The notes: a model not told the origin generated them from the sequence alone. A stretch of 64,000 nucleotides of DNA from an uncultured delta proteobacterium (GCA_963848295.1 CAWKDB010000010.1:1056001-1120000); one strand, 5' to 3'; shown: positions 19,793 through 30,474, counted from the stretch's first letter. Numbers and translations: made by a program.

Positions 19793-20964
19793 GTGTTCAC
19801 GGCCGACGAGCTCGCGCACGGCGCGCCCGACGATCGCGACACCCGGCTCCGCGCCGAACGGCTAGTCGAGGCGATCGCGCAAACCGGCCTGGATCTCGGC
19901 GAGTTGGGAGACACGGCCCGGACGATCGCGCAGCTCGCTTGTCAGCGCGCCCCTACCTCGCCACTCTTTTGGTGCGCGATCCGCACCGGTTGGCGAGGGT
20001 CGCCGACGATCCCCACCTCAGCCGCGAAAAGCCGCGGCCCGAAGGCGCGAAAGGCGCGATCGCGAGCTCGCTCGCGAGCGTCGAGCGCTACTACGAGACG
20101 TTCGGCCGGCCGTGGGAACGCCAGGCGTGGATCAAGGCGCGCGCGAGCCCTGGCGATCCGGCGCTCGGCGCCGAGATCAGCGCACGCTGACGCCGTTCGT
20201 GTTTCCGTGGCTGCAATCGCCGGCGATCATCAACGACGTTCGCGACCTCAACCGGCGGATCAAGCGCGAGCTCGGGCGCACCGGCGACGGCTCGACGTCA
20301 AGAACGGCGATGGCGGCATTCGCGAGATCGAGTTCTTCGCGCAGGCGCTGCAGCTGATCCACACCGGCAAGCAGCCCACCCCTGCGCGTGCGCGGCACGC
20401 TGATCGCGCTCGACGCGCTGTTGTTCGCGGGGATGATGACCGACGACGAGCACCTCGCGGCGTCGACCGCGTATCGCTGGCTGCGCCACGCCGAGCACGT
20501 GCTCCAGCTCGAAGCCGGATTGCAGACCCAGATCGCGCCGGACGGCGCGACCGCGCGCGCAGGGATCGAGCGCGAGCTCGGCGGCAAAGGCGATCTCGAG
20601 ACCAGCGCGGGCGGCGTGATCGACATCGAGTTCGCCGCGCAGGACCTCCAGCTCGTGCACGGGCACGCGCATTCGACGCTGCGCACGACCGGCACGGCGC
20701 CCGCACTGCGCGCCGCCGCGAAGCTCGGGTCGTCCCCGCCGAGCTCGCCGAGCGGCTCGAACAGGGTTATCGGTTCTTGCGCGCTATCGAGCCCACATGC
20801 GGGTGGTGCACGACCAGCCCGTACATCGGCTTCCGGATGTTAAGCACGAGCTCGATAAGCTCGCGCGGCGATCCGGGTTTCCCGACGGCCCAGCGCTGCT
20901 CGAACGCGTGGAGCGCTGGCAGCACGACATTCGCGGTGCCTATCACGCCGTCCTCGGTGCGTAG
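19793..20964 (+). pseudogene. glnE: Degraded glutamine synthetase adenylyltransferase/deadenylase remnant
   Basis: Fragments in shifting frames: RYYETFGRPWERQAWIKAR, DVKNGDGGIREIEFFAQALQL, AYRWLRHAEHVLQ, GGVIDIEFAAQDLQL, GYRFLRAIE; about 1.2 kb versus roughly 3 kb for intact glnE. Confidence 0.85.
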
Positions 20965-21058
20965 GCGGCTGCGCAGCCGCAGCGCGTTAAGCTGTGCCGA
21001 TCCGATCGCGGGTCGCGTGATGCTTGTGATCCCGACGAGGCATTGGTACCAAGCTGAT

Positions 21059-21985
21059 ATGGCCCCCATCAAGAAAGTCGACGCGATCTGGGTCGACGGT
21101 CAGCTCGTCCCCTGGGACAACGCGACCGATCACGTGCTCGCGCACACGATGCACTACGGCGTCGGCGCTTTCGAAGGCATCCGCGCGTATCAACGGGCCG
21201 ATGGCCGGACGCACGTGTTCCGGTTGCGCGACCACATCGAGCGCTTGCTCGACTCGTGCACGATCTGCACGCTCGACGTGCCGTACACCGCCGACCAGCT
21301 CGTGAAGGCATCGCTCGACGTCGTGCGCACGAACAAGATGAAAGAGTGCTACCTGCGGCCGCTCGTCTATCTCGGCTACGGTGCGCTCGGCCTCGGCTCG
21401 TTCGAGCCGCCGGTGCGTACGGTGGTCGCGTGTTACGAGTGGGGCGCGTACCTCGGCGACGACGGGCTGAAGAAGGGCATCAAGTGCATGGTGTCCGGGT
21501 TCACCCGTGCGAACTCGAACGCGGTGATGAACAAGGGCAAGATCTGCGGCCAGTACGTCACGTCGGTGCTCGCGAAGCGGATGGCGATCAAGAGTGGATT
21601 CGAAGAGGCGCTGATGCTCGACCCCCAAGGCTACGTCGCCGAGGGCACGGGCGAGAACATCTTCGTGGTCAAGCGAGGCGTCGTGCGCACGCCGCCGACC
21701 TCGGCCGCGATCCTCGCGGGGATCACGCGCCATACCGCGATCGCGTTGATGCGCGAGCAAGGCATCGAAGTGCTCGAAGAGCCGATCGCGCGCGACGAGC
21801 TCTATATCGCTGACGAAGTGTTCCTCACCGGCACCGCGGCGGAGATCACTCCCGTCCGCGACATCGACCACCGCAAGATCGGCCGCGGCGAGGCCGGTCC
21901 GGTGACCCGCCGCCTCCAAGAGGGCTTCTTCTCGGTCGTGAAGGGCAACGATACGAAGCACGCCGACTGGCTGAGCTTCATCTAG
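21059..21985 (+). CDS. ilvE: Branched-chain amino acid aminotransferase
   Basis: HYGVGAFEGIRAY, KICGQY, EGTGENIF, ILAGITR, DEVFLTGTAAEITPV. Confidence 0.95.
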   Translation: MAPIKKVDAIWVDGQLVPWDNATDHVLAHTMHYGVGAFEGIRAYQRADGRTHVFRLRDHIERLLDSCTICTLDVPYTADQLVKASLDVVRTNKMKECYLRPLVYLGYGALGLGSFEPPVRTVVACYEWGAYLGDDGLKKGIKCMVSGFTRANSNAVMNKGKICGQYVTSVLAKRMAIKSGFEEALMLDPQGYVAEGTGENIFVVKRGVVRTPPTSAAILAGITRHTAIALMREQGIEVLEEPIARDELYIADEVFLTGTAAEITPVRDIDHRKIGRGEAGPVTRRLQEGFFSVVKGNDTKHADWLSFI

Positions 21986-21988
21986 CCA

Positions 21989-22077
21989 GGTGCACCTGCG
22001 GTGCAACTGCGGTGCATCAGGTGCACCCCGCGCCTGCGCGAGCGATCTCGCCGCGTTGCGATGGCATCGCGCGTGCT
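21989..22077 (+). promoter_or_regulatory. Putative sigma-54 promoter with upstream GGTGCA repeats
   Basis: TGGCATCGCGCGTGCT (GG-N10-GC) at 22062-22077; GGTGCA at 21989, 22000, 22011, 22020. Confidence 0.55.
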
Positions 22078-22092
22078 ACGCGAGCCATCGCC

Positions 22093-23802
22093 ATGTCGAA
22101 GCTCTACGCACTCCTCATCATCGCCCTGAACGTCGCTGGATACGGCCGAGCGACCGCCGGTGGGTTCAACCCGACGCCCGCGCCGCAGCGCGGCGACACC
22201 GCGGGATGTCCGTCGGTCGAGGTCCTGTCGCAAGGCCCGGCCGACGCTCATTCGCGCGGGTACTACCTGACCGACCCGAAGATGAAGATCGATCCGGCGA
22301 AGCTCGAGCGCAAGCTCAACGCGATCAACGGGCTCAAGGGCAAGCTCGAAGACCCGGAGGCGTGGAACGACGCGAACAACGCGATGGCGACGCTGTGGGG
22401 CATGCACTGCGCGTACTGGCAGGACGCCGGGATCGCGAACCTGCTCGAGCGCGCGCGCACGCTCTACGCGCAGATCACCGGCATCGATCGCGAGACCTCC
22501 AAGGCGCTGCACCTGCTGCTCGTCCCGCCCGGCGTGGCGAAGTCGCAATGGGATACGGTGTGCAAGCCGAACGAAGCGTGGCCGATCGTCGCCGAGCCCG
22601 ACCGCTCCGCGTTGATCTTCGCGATGGGCGGCTGCTACGGCGGCGAGCCGATCCACGCGCAGTCGTACCTGTGGACCGCGCTGGATCAAGGCGCGACGCA
22701 CCAGGTCGGCGCCGCGGCCGCGGTCATCGCGTGCAGCTACGGCCGCCGCTACTTCACGTGGCGGATCTGCGAGGCCGACGCCGCCACGATCACACCCGAC
22801 GCGCTCGCGAAGGATCTCGACGCGATCCACGCACCGCCGTACGCGCGGTTCCTCATGCTCGGCCGCTACCAGATGGCGCTGAATCGGCTCGCGGCACGTG
22901 CGAACGAGATGGCCGAGCTCGAGAAAAACTATCCCGCCGACAAGGCGCTGTTCGACGCGGTCTACAAGCAGGTCGGCGAGCACTACGTGCCGATGTTCGC
23001 GAAGTGGGGCAAGCAGCTGGCCGAGCTCGATGCGTGGGAGTCCGGGCTCCGGCGCGGGCCCGGCAACGCGGGCGATTGCGTGCCCAAGTGGACCACCACG
23101 CTGCAGAGCTATGTCGATTCGGTGGTCCCCAAGGCCAACAAGGACGCGCTGCTCGCTGCGCTCAAAGATCCTATCGGCCACCGCTTCACCCACGCGCTCG
23201 CGGTGTGCCTCGACGCGAAGGGCGACGGCGACAGCGCGGCGATGATCGACTCGCTGGCGGGCGGGGAGACCGTGATCGGCATCCACGACGCGGTCGGCGA
23301 CCTGCTGCGGCGGAACGGCGTCGGCGGCAAGTACCAGGGCGTCGCGCTGCACGATCAGCAACCCGACCTCGACTACTACCTCTACGAGCCCGGCGTCCGG
23401 CTCGAGAACACCCGGCGCGTCACCGAGCACGAGTCCACCGTCGCGAGCGTGACGACCGTCGGCGACAAGCAGCGGATCGCGTTCGTTCACAAGAGCGAGC
23501 GCCAGTGGGCGAACAACATGTGCGAGGTCGACTACAAGACCGTCGTCGGGATCGACGACTACGGGAACTTTCGCTACGCGATGCGCAACTGCAAGGCGGT
23601 CTACGAGAACGTGAACCTCACGCCGTCGCCGCTGCTCGTGCCGCGGGGCAGCGCCGGCCCGGTCGCCAAGGGGCTCCGGGTCGGGAAGTCGTACGACACG
23701 CCGCACGCCGACGACGAGAAGGTCGACCAGCCCGGGCGCGTCGCGTGGATCCGCCGCGGCCTCGACGTGATCTGGGTCGCCGGCGGGATCGTCGCGCGGT
23801 GA
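22093..23802 (+). CDS. Secreted Cys-rich, mostly helical hypothetical protein
   Basis: Signal peptide MSKLYALLIIALNVAG; strong GC3 bias; no recognised family. Confidence 0.75.
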   Translation: MSKLYALLIIALNVAGYGRATAGGFNPTPAPQRGDTAGCPSVEVLSQGPADAHSRGYYLTDPKMKIDPAKLERKLNAINGLKGKLEDPEAWNDANNAMATLWGMHCAYWQDAGIANLLERARTLYAQITGIDRETSKALHLLLVPPGVAKSQWDTVCKPNEAWPIVAEPDRSALIFAMGGCYGGEPIHAQSYLWTALDQGATHQVGAAAAVIACSYGRRYFTWRICEADAATITPDALAKDLDAIHAPPYARFLMLGRYQMALNRLAARANEMAELEKNYPADKALFDAVYKQVGEHYVPMFAKWGKQLAELDAWESGLRRGPGNAGDCVPKWTTTLQSYVDSVVPKANKDALLAALKDPIGHRFTHALAVCLDAKGDGDSAAMIDSLAGGETVIGIHDAVGDLLRRNGVGGKYQGVALHDQQPDLDYYLYEPGVRLENTRRVTEHESTVASVTTVGDKQRIAFVHKSERQWANNMCEVDYKTVVGIDDYGNFRYAMRNCKAVYENVNLTPSPLLVPRGSAGPVAKGLRVGKSYDTPHADDEKVDQPGRVAWIRRGLDVIWVAGGIVAR

Positions 23803-24043
23803 ACGCTCAGTGCGCGCCCGCGATCGCGAGCGCGGTGCACTCGGTGACGAAGCTGGTCCCGACGCCGCGCAGGCACACCTGCCCGTAGTAGCGCGTCGCA
23901 TCCCCCGCGCCCGGTGCGACGCCGAAGCCGCGCATGCAACGATACGAAGCACGAGCAGTGGCTCATGTACGTCTAACGATTCTCGTTACACCTACATTGT
24001 AGCCATCTCGGCGGCGGGCCGGCCGGCCTGCTAGAATATCCTA

Positions 24044-25567
24044 GTGGAGGAGCCCGGCACCGTACTGCTCGGCAAGTACCGAGTCGACGCGGTGCTCGGC
24101 ATCGGCGGGATGGCGCGAGTCGTCCGCGCATCGCACCTCTATCTCCAGCAACCGGTCGCGATCAAGATCCTGCTGCCCGCGGTCGCCGAGAGTCCGGCGG
24201 CGGTACAGCGGTTTCTGCGCGAAGCGCAGGCGACGGTCAAGCTGCGCAGCGAGCATATCGCGCGCGTGATGGACGTCGGCACGATGCCGGACGGCACTCC
24301 GTTCCTCGTGATGGAGTACCTGGACGGCAGCGACCTCAACCAGATCCTGCGTCACCACGGCCCGCAGATGGCGCCGATCGTCGTCGATCTGATGCTGCAA
24401 GCGTGCGAAGGCATCGCCGAAGCGCACTCGATCGGCATCGTGCATCGCGACATCAAGCCGTCGAACTTCTACGTGACGCGCCGGCCCGATGGCTCGATGT
24501 TGCTCAAGATCCTGGACTTCGGTATCTCGAAGACGCAAGAGGGCCTGAGCGAGCTCACCGGCACCCAGACCGTGATCGGGACCCCGACGTACATGGCGCC
24601 CGAGCAGATGCGCGCCGCGAAGCATACCGATCCGCGCAGCGACATCTGGTCGATGGGCGTCGTGATGTACCAGATGCTTTGTGGCCGGCCGCCATTCGAG
24701 GCCGAGAGCTACGCCGAGCTCGTGCTCAAGGTCGGTACCGAACGACCATCGCCGATCCACGTCGCGCTGCCGCCCGGGTTCGGTGAGATCGTGATGCGTT
24801 GCCTCGACAAGGATCCAAACCAGCGGTTTCAAAACGTCGGCGAGCTGGCGCGGACGCTCGCGCCGTTCGCGTCGGACCCGTACGCGGGTCAGCAAGCGGC
24901 CGAGCGCGTCACTCGGATCATCGGCGCGCGCGGCTCGGCGCAAGGGCTGCCGCTGTCGTCGGGCAATGGCTTGCTCGCGCCGAATCCGCCGACGCCGGCG
25001 AACCTCACGCCGCGTAGTTGGCCCGGCCACGGCGGGACCGGGGGCAGCAGCCTCTCTCACGGCGTCGGTCAGATGACCGCGAAGACGCGCGGCGGACGCG
25101 GCAAGTTGATCGCGGGATTGCTCGGAATGGTCGCGGTCGCCGGCATCGGTGGCTTCGCCCTCGCCGTGGCCACCGGAGGCTCGGGCGGAAGCGGATCGGA
25201 TGGCGCGCACGTGACCGCGCCGGAGCCAGCGCAGAGCGCGGATACGACGGCGACCGTGACGCCGACGCCGACCGTGACGCCGACGCCGACCGTGACGCCG
25301 ACGCCGACCGTGACGCCGACCGTGACGCCGACGCCGACCGTGACGCCGACGCCGGTTGCGAAGACGCCGACGCCCGCGCCGACGGTCGCCAAGACGCCGA
25401 CGGTTGCCAAGACGCCGACACCGACGGTCGCCAAGACGCCGACGGTTGCGAAGACCCCGACCGTCGCCAAGACGCCGACCGTTGCAAGGACACCGACGCC
25501 CACGACCATCAGAAAGCCCCCGGCCAAGAAGCCGAAGGACGACGATCTGTTCAACTCGCGTAACTGA
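24044..25567 (+). CDS. Membrane Ser/Thr protein kinase with Thr/Pro-rich extracellular tail
   Basis: LGIGGMARV, VAIK, HRDIKPSN, DFG, GTPTYMAPEQ, DIWSMG; TM helix; (TPTV/AKTPTV)n. Confidence 0.95.
   Translation: MEEPGTVLLGKYRVDAVLGIGGMARVVRASHLYLQQPVAIKILLPAVAESPAAVQRFLREAQATVKLRSEHIARVMDVGTMPDGTPFLVMEYLDGSDLNQILRHHGPQMAPIVVDLMLQACEGIAEAHSIGIVHRDIKPSNFYVTRRPDGSMLLKILDFGISKTQEGLSELTGTQTVIGTPTYMAPEQMRAAKHTDPRSDIWSMGVVMYQMLCGRPPFEAESYAELVLKVGTERPSPIHVALPPGFGEIVMRCLDKDPNQRFQNVGELARTLAPFASDPYAGQQAAERVTRIIGARGSAQGLPLSSGNGLLAPNPPTPANLTPRSWPGHGGTGGSSLSHGVGQMTAKTRGGRGKLIAGLLGMVAVAGIGGFALAVATGGSGGSGSDGAHVTAPEPAQSADTTATVTPTPTVTPTPTVTPTPTVTPTVTPTPTVTPTPVAKTPTPAPTVAKTPTVAKTPTPTVAKTPTVAKTPTVAKTPTVARTPTPTTIRKPPAKKPKDDDLFNSRN
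25250..25505 (+). repeat. Coding tandem repeats (ACCGTGACGCCGACGCCG-type 18-mers) in the kinase tail
   Basis: Repeated TVTPTP and VAKTPT units visible in DNA and protein. Confidence 0.85.
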
Positions 25568-25575
25568 GACGCGAG

Positions 25576-26592
25576 CTACATCGGGCCGCCGAACACCAGG
25601 CCAACGCCGTCTGGGCCGACTCGCGGCGTCAGATAGAACGACTCGTCGGTGCGGCGACGGCGGCTCGGCTTCGGCGCGGTCACGTAGATCACGATGCCGC
25701 CGATCACCGCGGCGGCACCGCCAATGAATACGCCGGTCGCGATGTTCGCGTTGCGCCGAGCATCGTGGGTGTCGGTCAGGCCCTGTGCCGTGCACATGTC
25801 GGTGGCGTTCGCGCACTCGGAGGCGAGCGCGTCGCGATACTTGTTGCGCGCCGATAGCGCGAGGTAGCTCGACACCGCGATGCCGGCCACGCCGACGCCG
25901 CCGACCACGTATGCGGCGATGCGTTGTCCCCTGCCGGGATCTGGCAACGGCCGCTCGGGCTCGTCATCGTGCTTGACGACGTTGACCGGATGCTCGTCGG
26001 GCTTGGCCTGAACGTCGACGTTGTCTTTGACCGTCGCCTTCGGAATATCGAGCCGGACGACCGAATCGCCACCGCGCTCGACCGGGACGGTCTTGTTCTT
26101 CTTCTCGCCGTCGGCGAGTTGGTACTCGAGCAAGTGGGGGCCGGGGTCGACCATCTGCGGTTTGCCGAGCTGATCGACGTCAAACGGTGCACCGTCGAGC
26201 TTGAGCTCGAGGCCCTTGCTATCCGCGCCGTCGGGCAGCTTGACCGTCAGCCTCGGGACATCGGGCTCGAGCTTGTCGACGCGCGGTCGAATCTGCGCGA
26301 CGCGCTGATCGTGCTGCTCCTCGGCGAGCTTTGCGGCGGTCTTGTAAGCGCGGTACGCCGTCGCGATCCGGCCCCATTCCTCGTAGCACCTCGCGACGTT
26401 GAGCTCGACACCGATCTCCGGATCGATCTTGTAGCTCTGCTCGAACGCCTTGCAGGCGTCGGCGTAGCGCTTCTCGCCGAGCAGCTTCTTGCCCTGCCTG
26501 AACAGCTGATCGGCCTTGTTGTCAGCGGATGCGGTACCGGCAGTCGCAGCGAGCGCGACGATACAGGCGAGGGACATGCGTGGTTGGATCAC
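25576..26592 (-). CDS. TPR/PEGA-like myxobacterial membrane protein
   Basis: ADQLFRQGK...ACKAFEQSY...LNVARCYE TPR; VDPGPH PEGA-like segment; C-terminal Gly-rich TM segments. Confidence 0.8.
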   Translation of the reverse strand: MIQPRMSLACIVALAATAGTASADNKADQLFRQGKKLLGEKRYADACKAFEQSYKIDPEIGVELNVARCYEEWGRIATAYRAYKTAAKLAEEQHDQRVAQIRPRVDKLEPDVPRLTVKLPDGADSKGLELKLDGAPFDVDQLGKPQMVDPGPHLLEYQLADGEKKNKTVPVERGGDSVVRLDIPKATVKDNVDVQAKPDEHPVNVVKHDDEPERPLPDPGRGQRIAAYVVGGVGVAGIAVSSYLALSARNKYRDALASECANATDMCTAQGLTDTHDARRNANIATGVFIGGAAAVIGGIVIYVTAPKPSRRRRTDESFYLTPRVGPDGVGLVFGGPM

Positions 26593-28088
26593 TGGGCGCT
26601 CACGGTGAAGGCTCCACTGTCATGGTAACCGACGGACATGGGGAACTGCGTGGTTTCGATGTCTCCAGTTGCGAGCGCCGGGTAGCCTCCCGTACGACAA
26701 AACGCGCGAATCGTGTAGATGTGGCCCGCGACGAACACCGAGGTCGGGATCGTCACCGTTGGTTGCACCGCGTAGGCGTCGAGCCGCGGCGAAGCGGTGA
26801 GCGCGGTCGTCCCCGGTTCCAGCTCGTAGACCGTCCACTCGTACAGGTCGTTCGTGGGATGGTCGCGGCTGTCGATCGAGAGCACCGCGGTTCCGGTCGC
26901 GCCGAGGTCGAGTCCCACCACCATGCCATCGGTGACCAGCGGCATCTGGTCGATCGATACGGTGAGCGGCACGCCCGCCGGCAGGTCGAGCGGATCGGTG
27001 CTCGACGCATCGACGAACTGCTGCAGACCGGTGCTCAGCGCGATCGACTGGCCACTCGCGCTATCCGTGAACTGGCGCGACTCCGAGGCGAGCCATGCGA
27101 GGGCCGAGCCCCAACCGAACGACCCGAACGGGTTGGCGTAGCTCGCGTCGATCGGCCCCGGAGCCTGCGTCGCCGGCACCGCGCCGGCGTTGAGCTGCGT
27201 GCCGCCGGCTTCGCCGTGTTGGCTATCCACCGCGGCGAGGACTTCCCACGACATCGACAGGCCGCTCGGAGCGGGACGCGCGGCCGCGAGTCGCGGGCCC
27301 GGCGCGGTCGGATCGATCGTCTGCGTCAGTGTCTTGTTCGCGGTGTTGACCGACATCGTGCCGGTCACCGAATCGGTGCCGGTTCCGGCGAACGGCGGGT
27401 ACGGCAAGTAACCGGTCAAGGTCGAGCCGGCATAGCGCAGCAGCAGCAGCTGATCGGCGGTCGTGATCCCGGCGAGCGGAGCCGACGTGCCGGGGGTGAA
27501 GTGACCGGACGCGCTATCGTAAGGCAACGTCACGCCGATCGAGGTCGCGCCGGTGTCGGGTGCCGGAAGCTCGGCGGCGGTCAGCGTGTGCGCCCCCCAC
27601 GTGCCGACCGAATAGACTTGGAAGGCCTCGGCCGACACGTAGCTCGATGGCAACGTGGCGTGGATCGCGATCGTCGCGCCGGCCGGCGCGGGCTGCGGAT
27701 TCGGATGCTCGAAGCGTACGTAGCCGATCGTCAGGGAGCGCGCGCCGAGATCGAAGACGCGCGGAAACGGCGTCGGCACATCCGGCAGCGTGAATTCGAT
27801 CGGCGGTGTGCCGTCGGGGATCGTCGCGGTGAACACGCCGGTGCCGGCGGTTGCGATCACCGCGCCCGTCGCCGTGGTGTAGGTCGCGGTCTGGCCGGTG
27901 AGATCCTGCGGCGTCGTGGCGACCTCGGCCGCGATCGAGATGTGATCGATCTTCGCGCTGACCTCGCCGGGTGGCAGCCCGCCGTCGCTGCCGGACCCGG
28001 TCGTCTCGTCGATGCCGAACAGCTGCGCGCAACCGGACCCGGCGAACGCGACGCTGACTCCCACGACAAGCCGCGGCAGCCCGCTCAT
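26589..28088 (-). CDS. Thr/Pro-rich lipoprotein
   Basis: Lipobox-like GSGCAQLFGIDE; beta-rich; coupled to the TPR gene. Confidence 0.72.
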   Translation of the reverse strand: MSGLPRLVVGVSVAFAGSGCAQLFGIDETTGSGSDGGLPPGEVSAKIDHISIAAEVATTPQDLTGQTATYTTATGAVIATAGTGVFTATIPDGTPPIEFTLPDVPTPFPRVFDLGARSLTIGYVRFEHPNPQPAPAGATIAIHATLPSSYVSAEAFQVYSVGTWGAHTLTAAELPAPDTGATSIGVTLPYDSASGHFTPGTSAPLAGITTADQLLLLRYAGSTLTGYLPYPPFAGTGTDSVTGTMSVNTANKTLTQTIDPTAPGPRLAAARPAPSGLSMSWEVLAAVDSQHGEAGGTQLNAGAVPATQAPGPIDASYANPFGSFGWGSALAWLASESRQFTDSASGQSIALSTGLQQFVDASSTDPLDLPAGVPLTVSIDQMPLVTDGMVVGLDLGATGTAVLSIDSRDHPTNDLYEWTVYELEPGTTALTASPRLDAYAVQPTVTIPTSVFVAGHIYTIRAFCRTGGYPALATGDIETTQFPMSVGYHDSGAFTVSAQ

Positions 28089-28095
28089 CGCGGCC

Positions 28096-28620
28096 TCACT
28101 TGCCGGACTTCGTGTCTTTGTCGGCGCGCTTGAGCCGCACCGACGCCTTGACGTCGGGCTCGGCGCCGCCGAACCGCTCGCTGTTCGGGATGAACCGAAC
28201 CTCGGTCTTGATCTCGAACGACAGCGTGGTCAGCAGCTTCGCGATCTCTTCAGTCAGGTTGAGATTCGACAGGAACTCGCGAGTCTCGCGCGCGATCACC
28301 TCGAACACCTTGTCCTTCGCGCCGTCCGCCGACGACGCGAGGTAGCCAGCGACATCGGGCAACGAGACCTCGCGCGCCATCTTGCGCAGACCCTCTTCGG
28401 TCGAGAACACCGCGCCCATGCCGGCGGCGAACGTCTTCTTGACCAGCTCGGGCACGAGGTGCTCGAGCCGCGAGCGGATCGCGTCGGACAGCGTGTCTTT
28501 TTCTTCGCGATCGCCGCGCTCGGGGCGGTCGGGGCGCTCGCCTCGATCCGGACGGTCGGCGACCGGTACGATACGGATGTCGCGGTCGGCCTTGGCGCCA
28601 GCATCGTCGTCGGTGGCCAT
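28096..28620 (-). CDS. Hypothetical protein (weakly phasin-like helical)
   Basis: ELVKKTFAAGMGAVFSTEEGLRK; divergent from the ABC1 kinase. Confidence 0.65.
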   Translation of the reverse strand: MATDDDAGAKADRDIRIVPVADRPDRGERPDRPERGDREEKDTLSDAIRSRLEHLVPELVKKTFAAGMGAVFSTEEGLRKMAREVSLPDVAGYLASSADGAKDKVFEVIARETREFLSNLNLTEEIAKLLTTLSFEIKTEVRFIPNSERFGGAEPDVKASVRLKRADKDTKSGK

Positions 28621-28663
28621 ACCAGTGTCGTACCACACGACCGCTCCTGGTAGAATTACCGCG

Positions 28664-30451
28664 ATGGTCGAGCCTGCGCGCACGCCTCAGCCGGCGCAGG
28701 ACCCCGGTCCGGGCGATTCGATCTTTGCGATCGCGCAGAACCGGCGCTATCGCGGGGAGCGCGAGTCGCGACCGGCGCCGATGCGAGTCCGGAGCTTGCG
28801 CGCCTACTGGACGACTTGGCTCGTGATCTGGAGCTACCTGTGGGTGCGGTTCCGCTCCCGGTTCCACTCCGAGACGTGGGTCGAGCACACGCTCCGCGCC
28901 GTTCACCTACGCAACGCGCGCCGCATCGAACGCACGATCATCGGGCTGCAGGGCCTGTTCATCAAGGTCGGCCAGCTGATCAGCATCATGACGAACTTCT
29001 TGCCCGAGGAGTTCCGCCGCGAGCTCGAAGGGCTACAAGACGCCGTTCCGCCGCGGCAGTACAAGGACATCGAGACGCGGATTCGCGAAGAGCTCGGCAG
29101 CTCGCCCGACGAGCTGTTTCAACACTTCGAGCGCCGGCCGATCGCATCGGCCTCGATCGGTCAGGTCCACATCGCCCGGATGAAGGACGGCGCGAAGGTC
29201 GCGGTCAAGGTCCAATACCCCGACATCGAGCAGATCGTCCGGCGCGACCTCAATACGCTGCGCCGGATCTTCGGCATCGTCGAGTGGTTCATCCCGTATC
29301 AAGGCCTCGACGAGCTGTATCGCGAGATTCGCTCGATCGTGATGGAGGAGCTCGACTATCGCGCCGAGGCCGACAACGCCGATCGGATCGCGGCGAACTT
29401 TGCGGGCCGCACCGACGTCGCGTTCCCCCGCGTCGTCCGCGAGCTGTCGACCCAGCGCGTGCTCGTCACGCACTTCGAGCTCGGCTGCAAGCTCACCGAT
29501 CGCAACGGGGTGCGTACGCTCGGGCTCGAGCGCGGCCACCTCGCCCGTCAGGTCGTCGAGATCTATTGCCAGCAGATCTTCACCGACGGCGTCTATCACG
29601 CCGATCCGCATCCTGGAAACCTGCTCGTGCGCACGAGCGAGGCCGGTGGGCCACCGACGATCGTGTTCTTGGACTTCGGTGCGGTCGCCGAGATCCCCTC
29701 CGGCGTACGGCAAGGCATCGTCGGGCTGATCCAAGGCGCGTTGCTGCGCGATACCCGCAAGATCGTCGGAGCGATGAAGCAGATGGGGTTCGTCGCACGC
29801 GGCGCGAACGAGCAGGTGTTCGAACAGGTCATCGAATACTTCCACGAGCGGTTCCAGGAGAACATCTCGCTCGACTCGCTGAACTTGAAGGACATCAAGT
29901 TCGATCCGCAGAAGGGGCTCGAGAGCGTCGCCGACCTCCGCCGCATGGACATCTCGCTGCGCGAGCTCAGCGAGAACTTCCACGTGCCGAAAGAGATCAT
30001 CGTCCTCGAGCGCACGCTGTTGCTCATCATGGGCCTGTGCACCGAGCTCGATCCGACGCTGAACCCGATGACCGTGATCCGGCCGTACCTCGAGCAGTTC
30101 GTGCTCGGCGAAGACGGCGACTGGTCGGAGCTGCTGGTCGAGACGAGCAAAGACGTCGTGATGTCGATCACCGCGCTGCCCGCGGAGATGCGCAAGTTGA
30201 TGCGCGCCGCGCATGCCGGCGAGATCCAGCTCAAGTTCCGCAACATCGAAGCGCCGGCCAAGCTGATGTACCGGCTCGGCCACCAGTTGATCTTTGCCGG
30301 CATCGGCATCGCCGGTGCGGCGTTCGCGGTGATCCTCGAGGGCCGCGGCGAGGATGCGCGCGCGATGTGGGGGTGGTGGACCGCGCGCGGTGCCGCCGTG
30401 TTGCTCGCGTGGAGCTGGTGGGCGTCGCGCAATCTGCTCGGCAAGCGCTAG
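28664..30451 (+). CDS. ABC1/UbiB/AarF-family atypical kinase
   Basis: FIKVGQ, LQDAVPP, IASASIGQVH, VAVKVQYP, EELDY, HADPHPGN, LDFG. Confidence 0.93.
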   Translation: MVEPARTPQPAQDPGPGDSIFAIAQNRRYRGERESRPAPMRVRSLRAYWTTWLVIWSYLWVRFRSRFHSETWVEHTLRAVHLRNARRIERTIIGLQGLFIKVGQLISIMTNFLPEEFRRELEGLQDAVPPRQYKDIETRIREELGSSPDELFQHFERRPIASASIGQVHIARMKDGAKVAVKVQYPDIEQIVRRDLNTLRRIFGIVEWFIPYQGLDELYREIRSIVMEELDYRAEADNADRIAANFAGRTDVAFPRVVRELSTQRVLVTHFELGCKLTDRNGVRTLGLERGHLARQVVEIYCQQIFTDGVYHADPHPGNLLVRTSEAGGPPTIVFLDFGAVAEIPSGVRQGIVGLIQGALLRDTRKIVGAMKQMGFVARGANEQVFEQVIEYFHERFQENISLDSLNLKDIKFDPQKGLESVADLRRMDISLRELSENFHVPKEIIVLERTLLLIMGLCTELDPTLNPMTVIRPYLEQFVLGEDGDWSELLVETSKDVVMSITALPAEMRKLMRAAHAGEIQLKFRNIEAPAKLMYRLGHQLIFAGIGIAGAAFAVILEGRGEDARAMWGWWTARGAAVLLAWSWWASRNLLGKR

Positions 30452-30474
30452 ACCGTCAGGCCCCGAGCGCCTGG

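Noticed and set aside
19793..21985. 730-aa GlnE-IlvE fusion ORF from the ORF track
   Set aside because: The upstream part drifts in and out of the true GlnE frame; IlvE has its own start at 21059.
23807..23966. Small minus-strand ORF between the secreted protein and the kinase
   Set aside because: Too short, frame ambiguous and no recognisable motif; at most a remnant.
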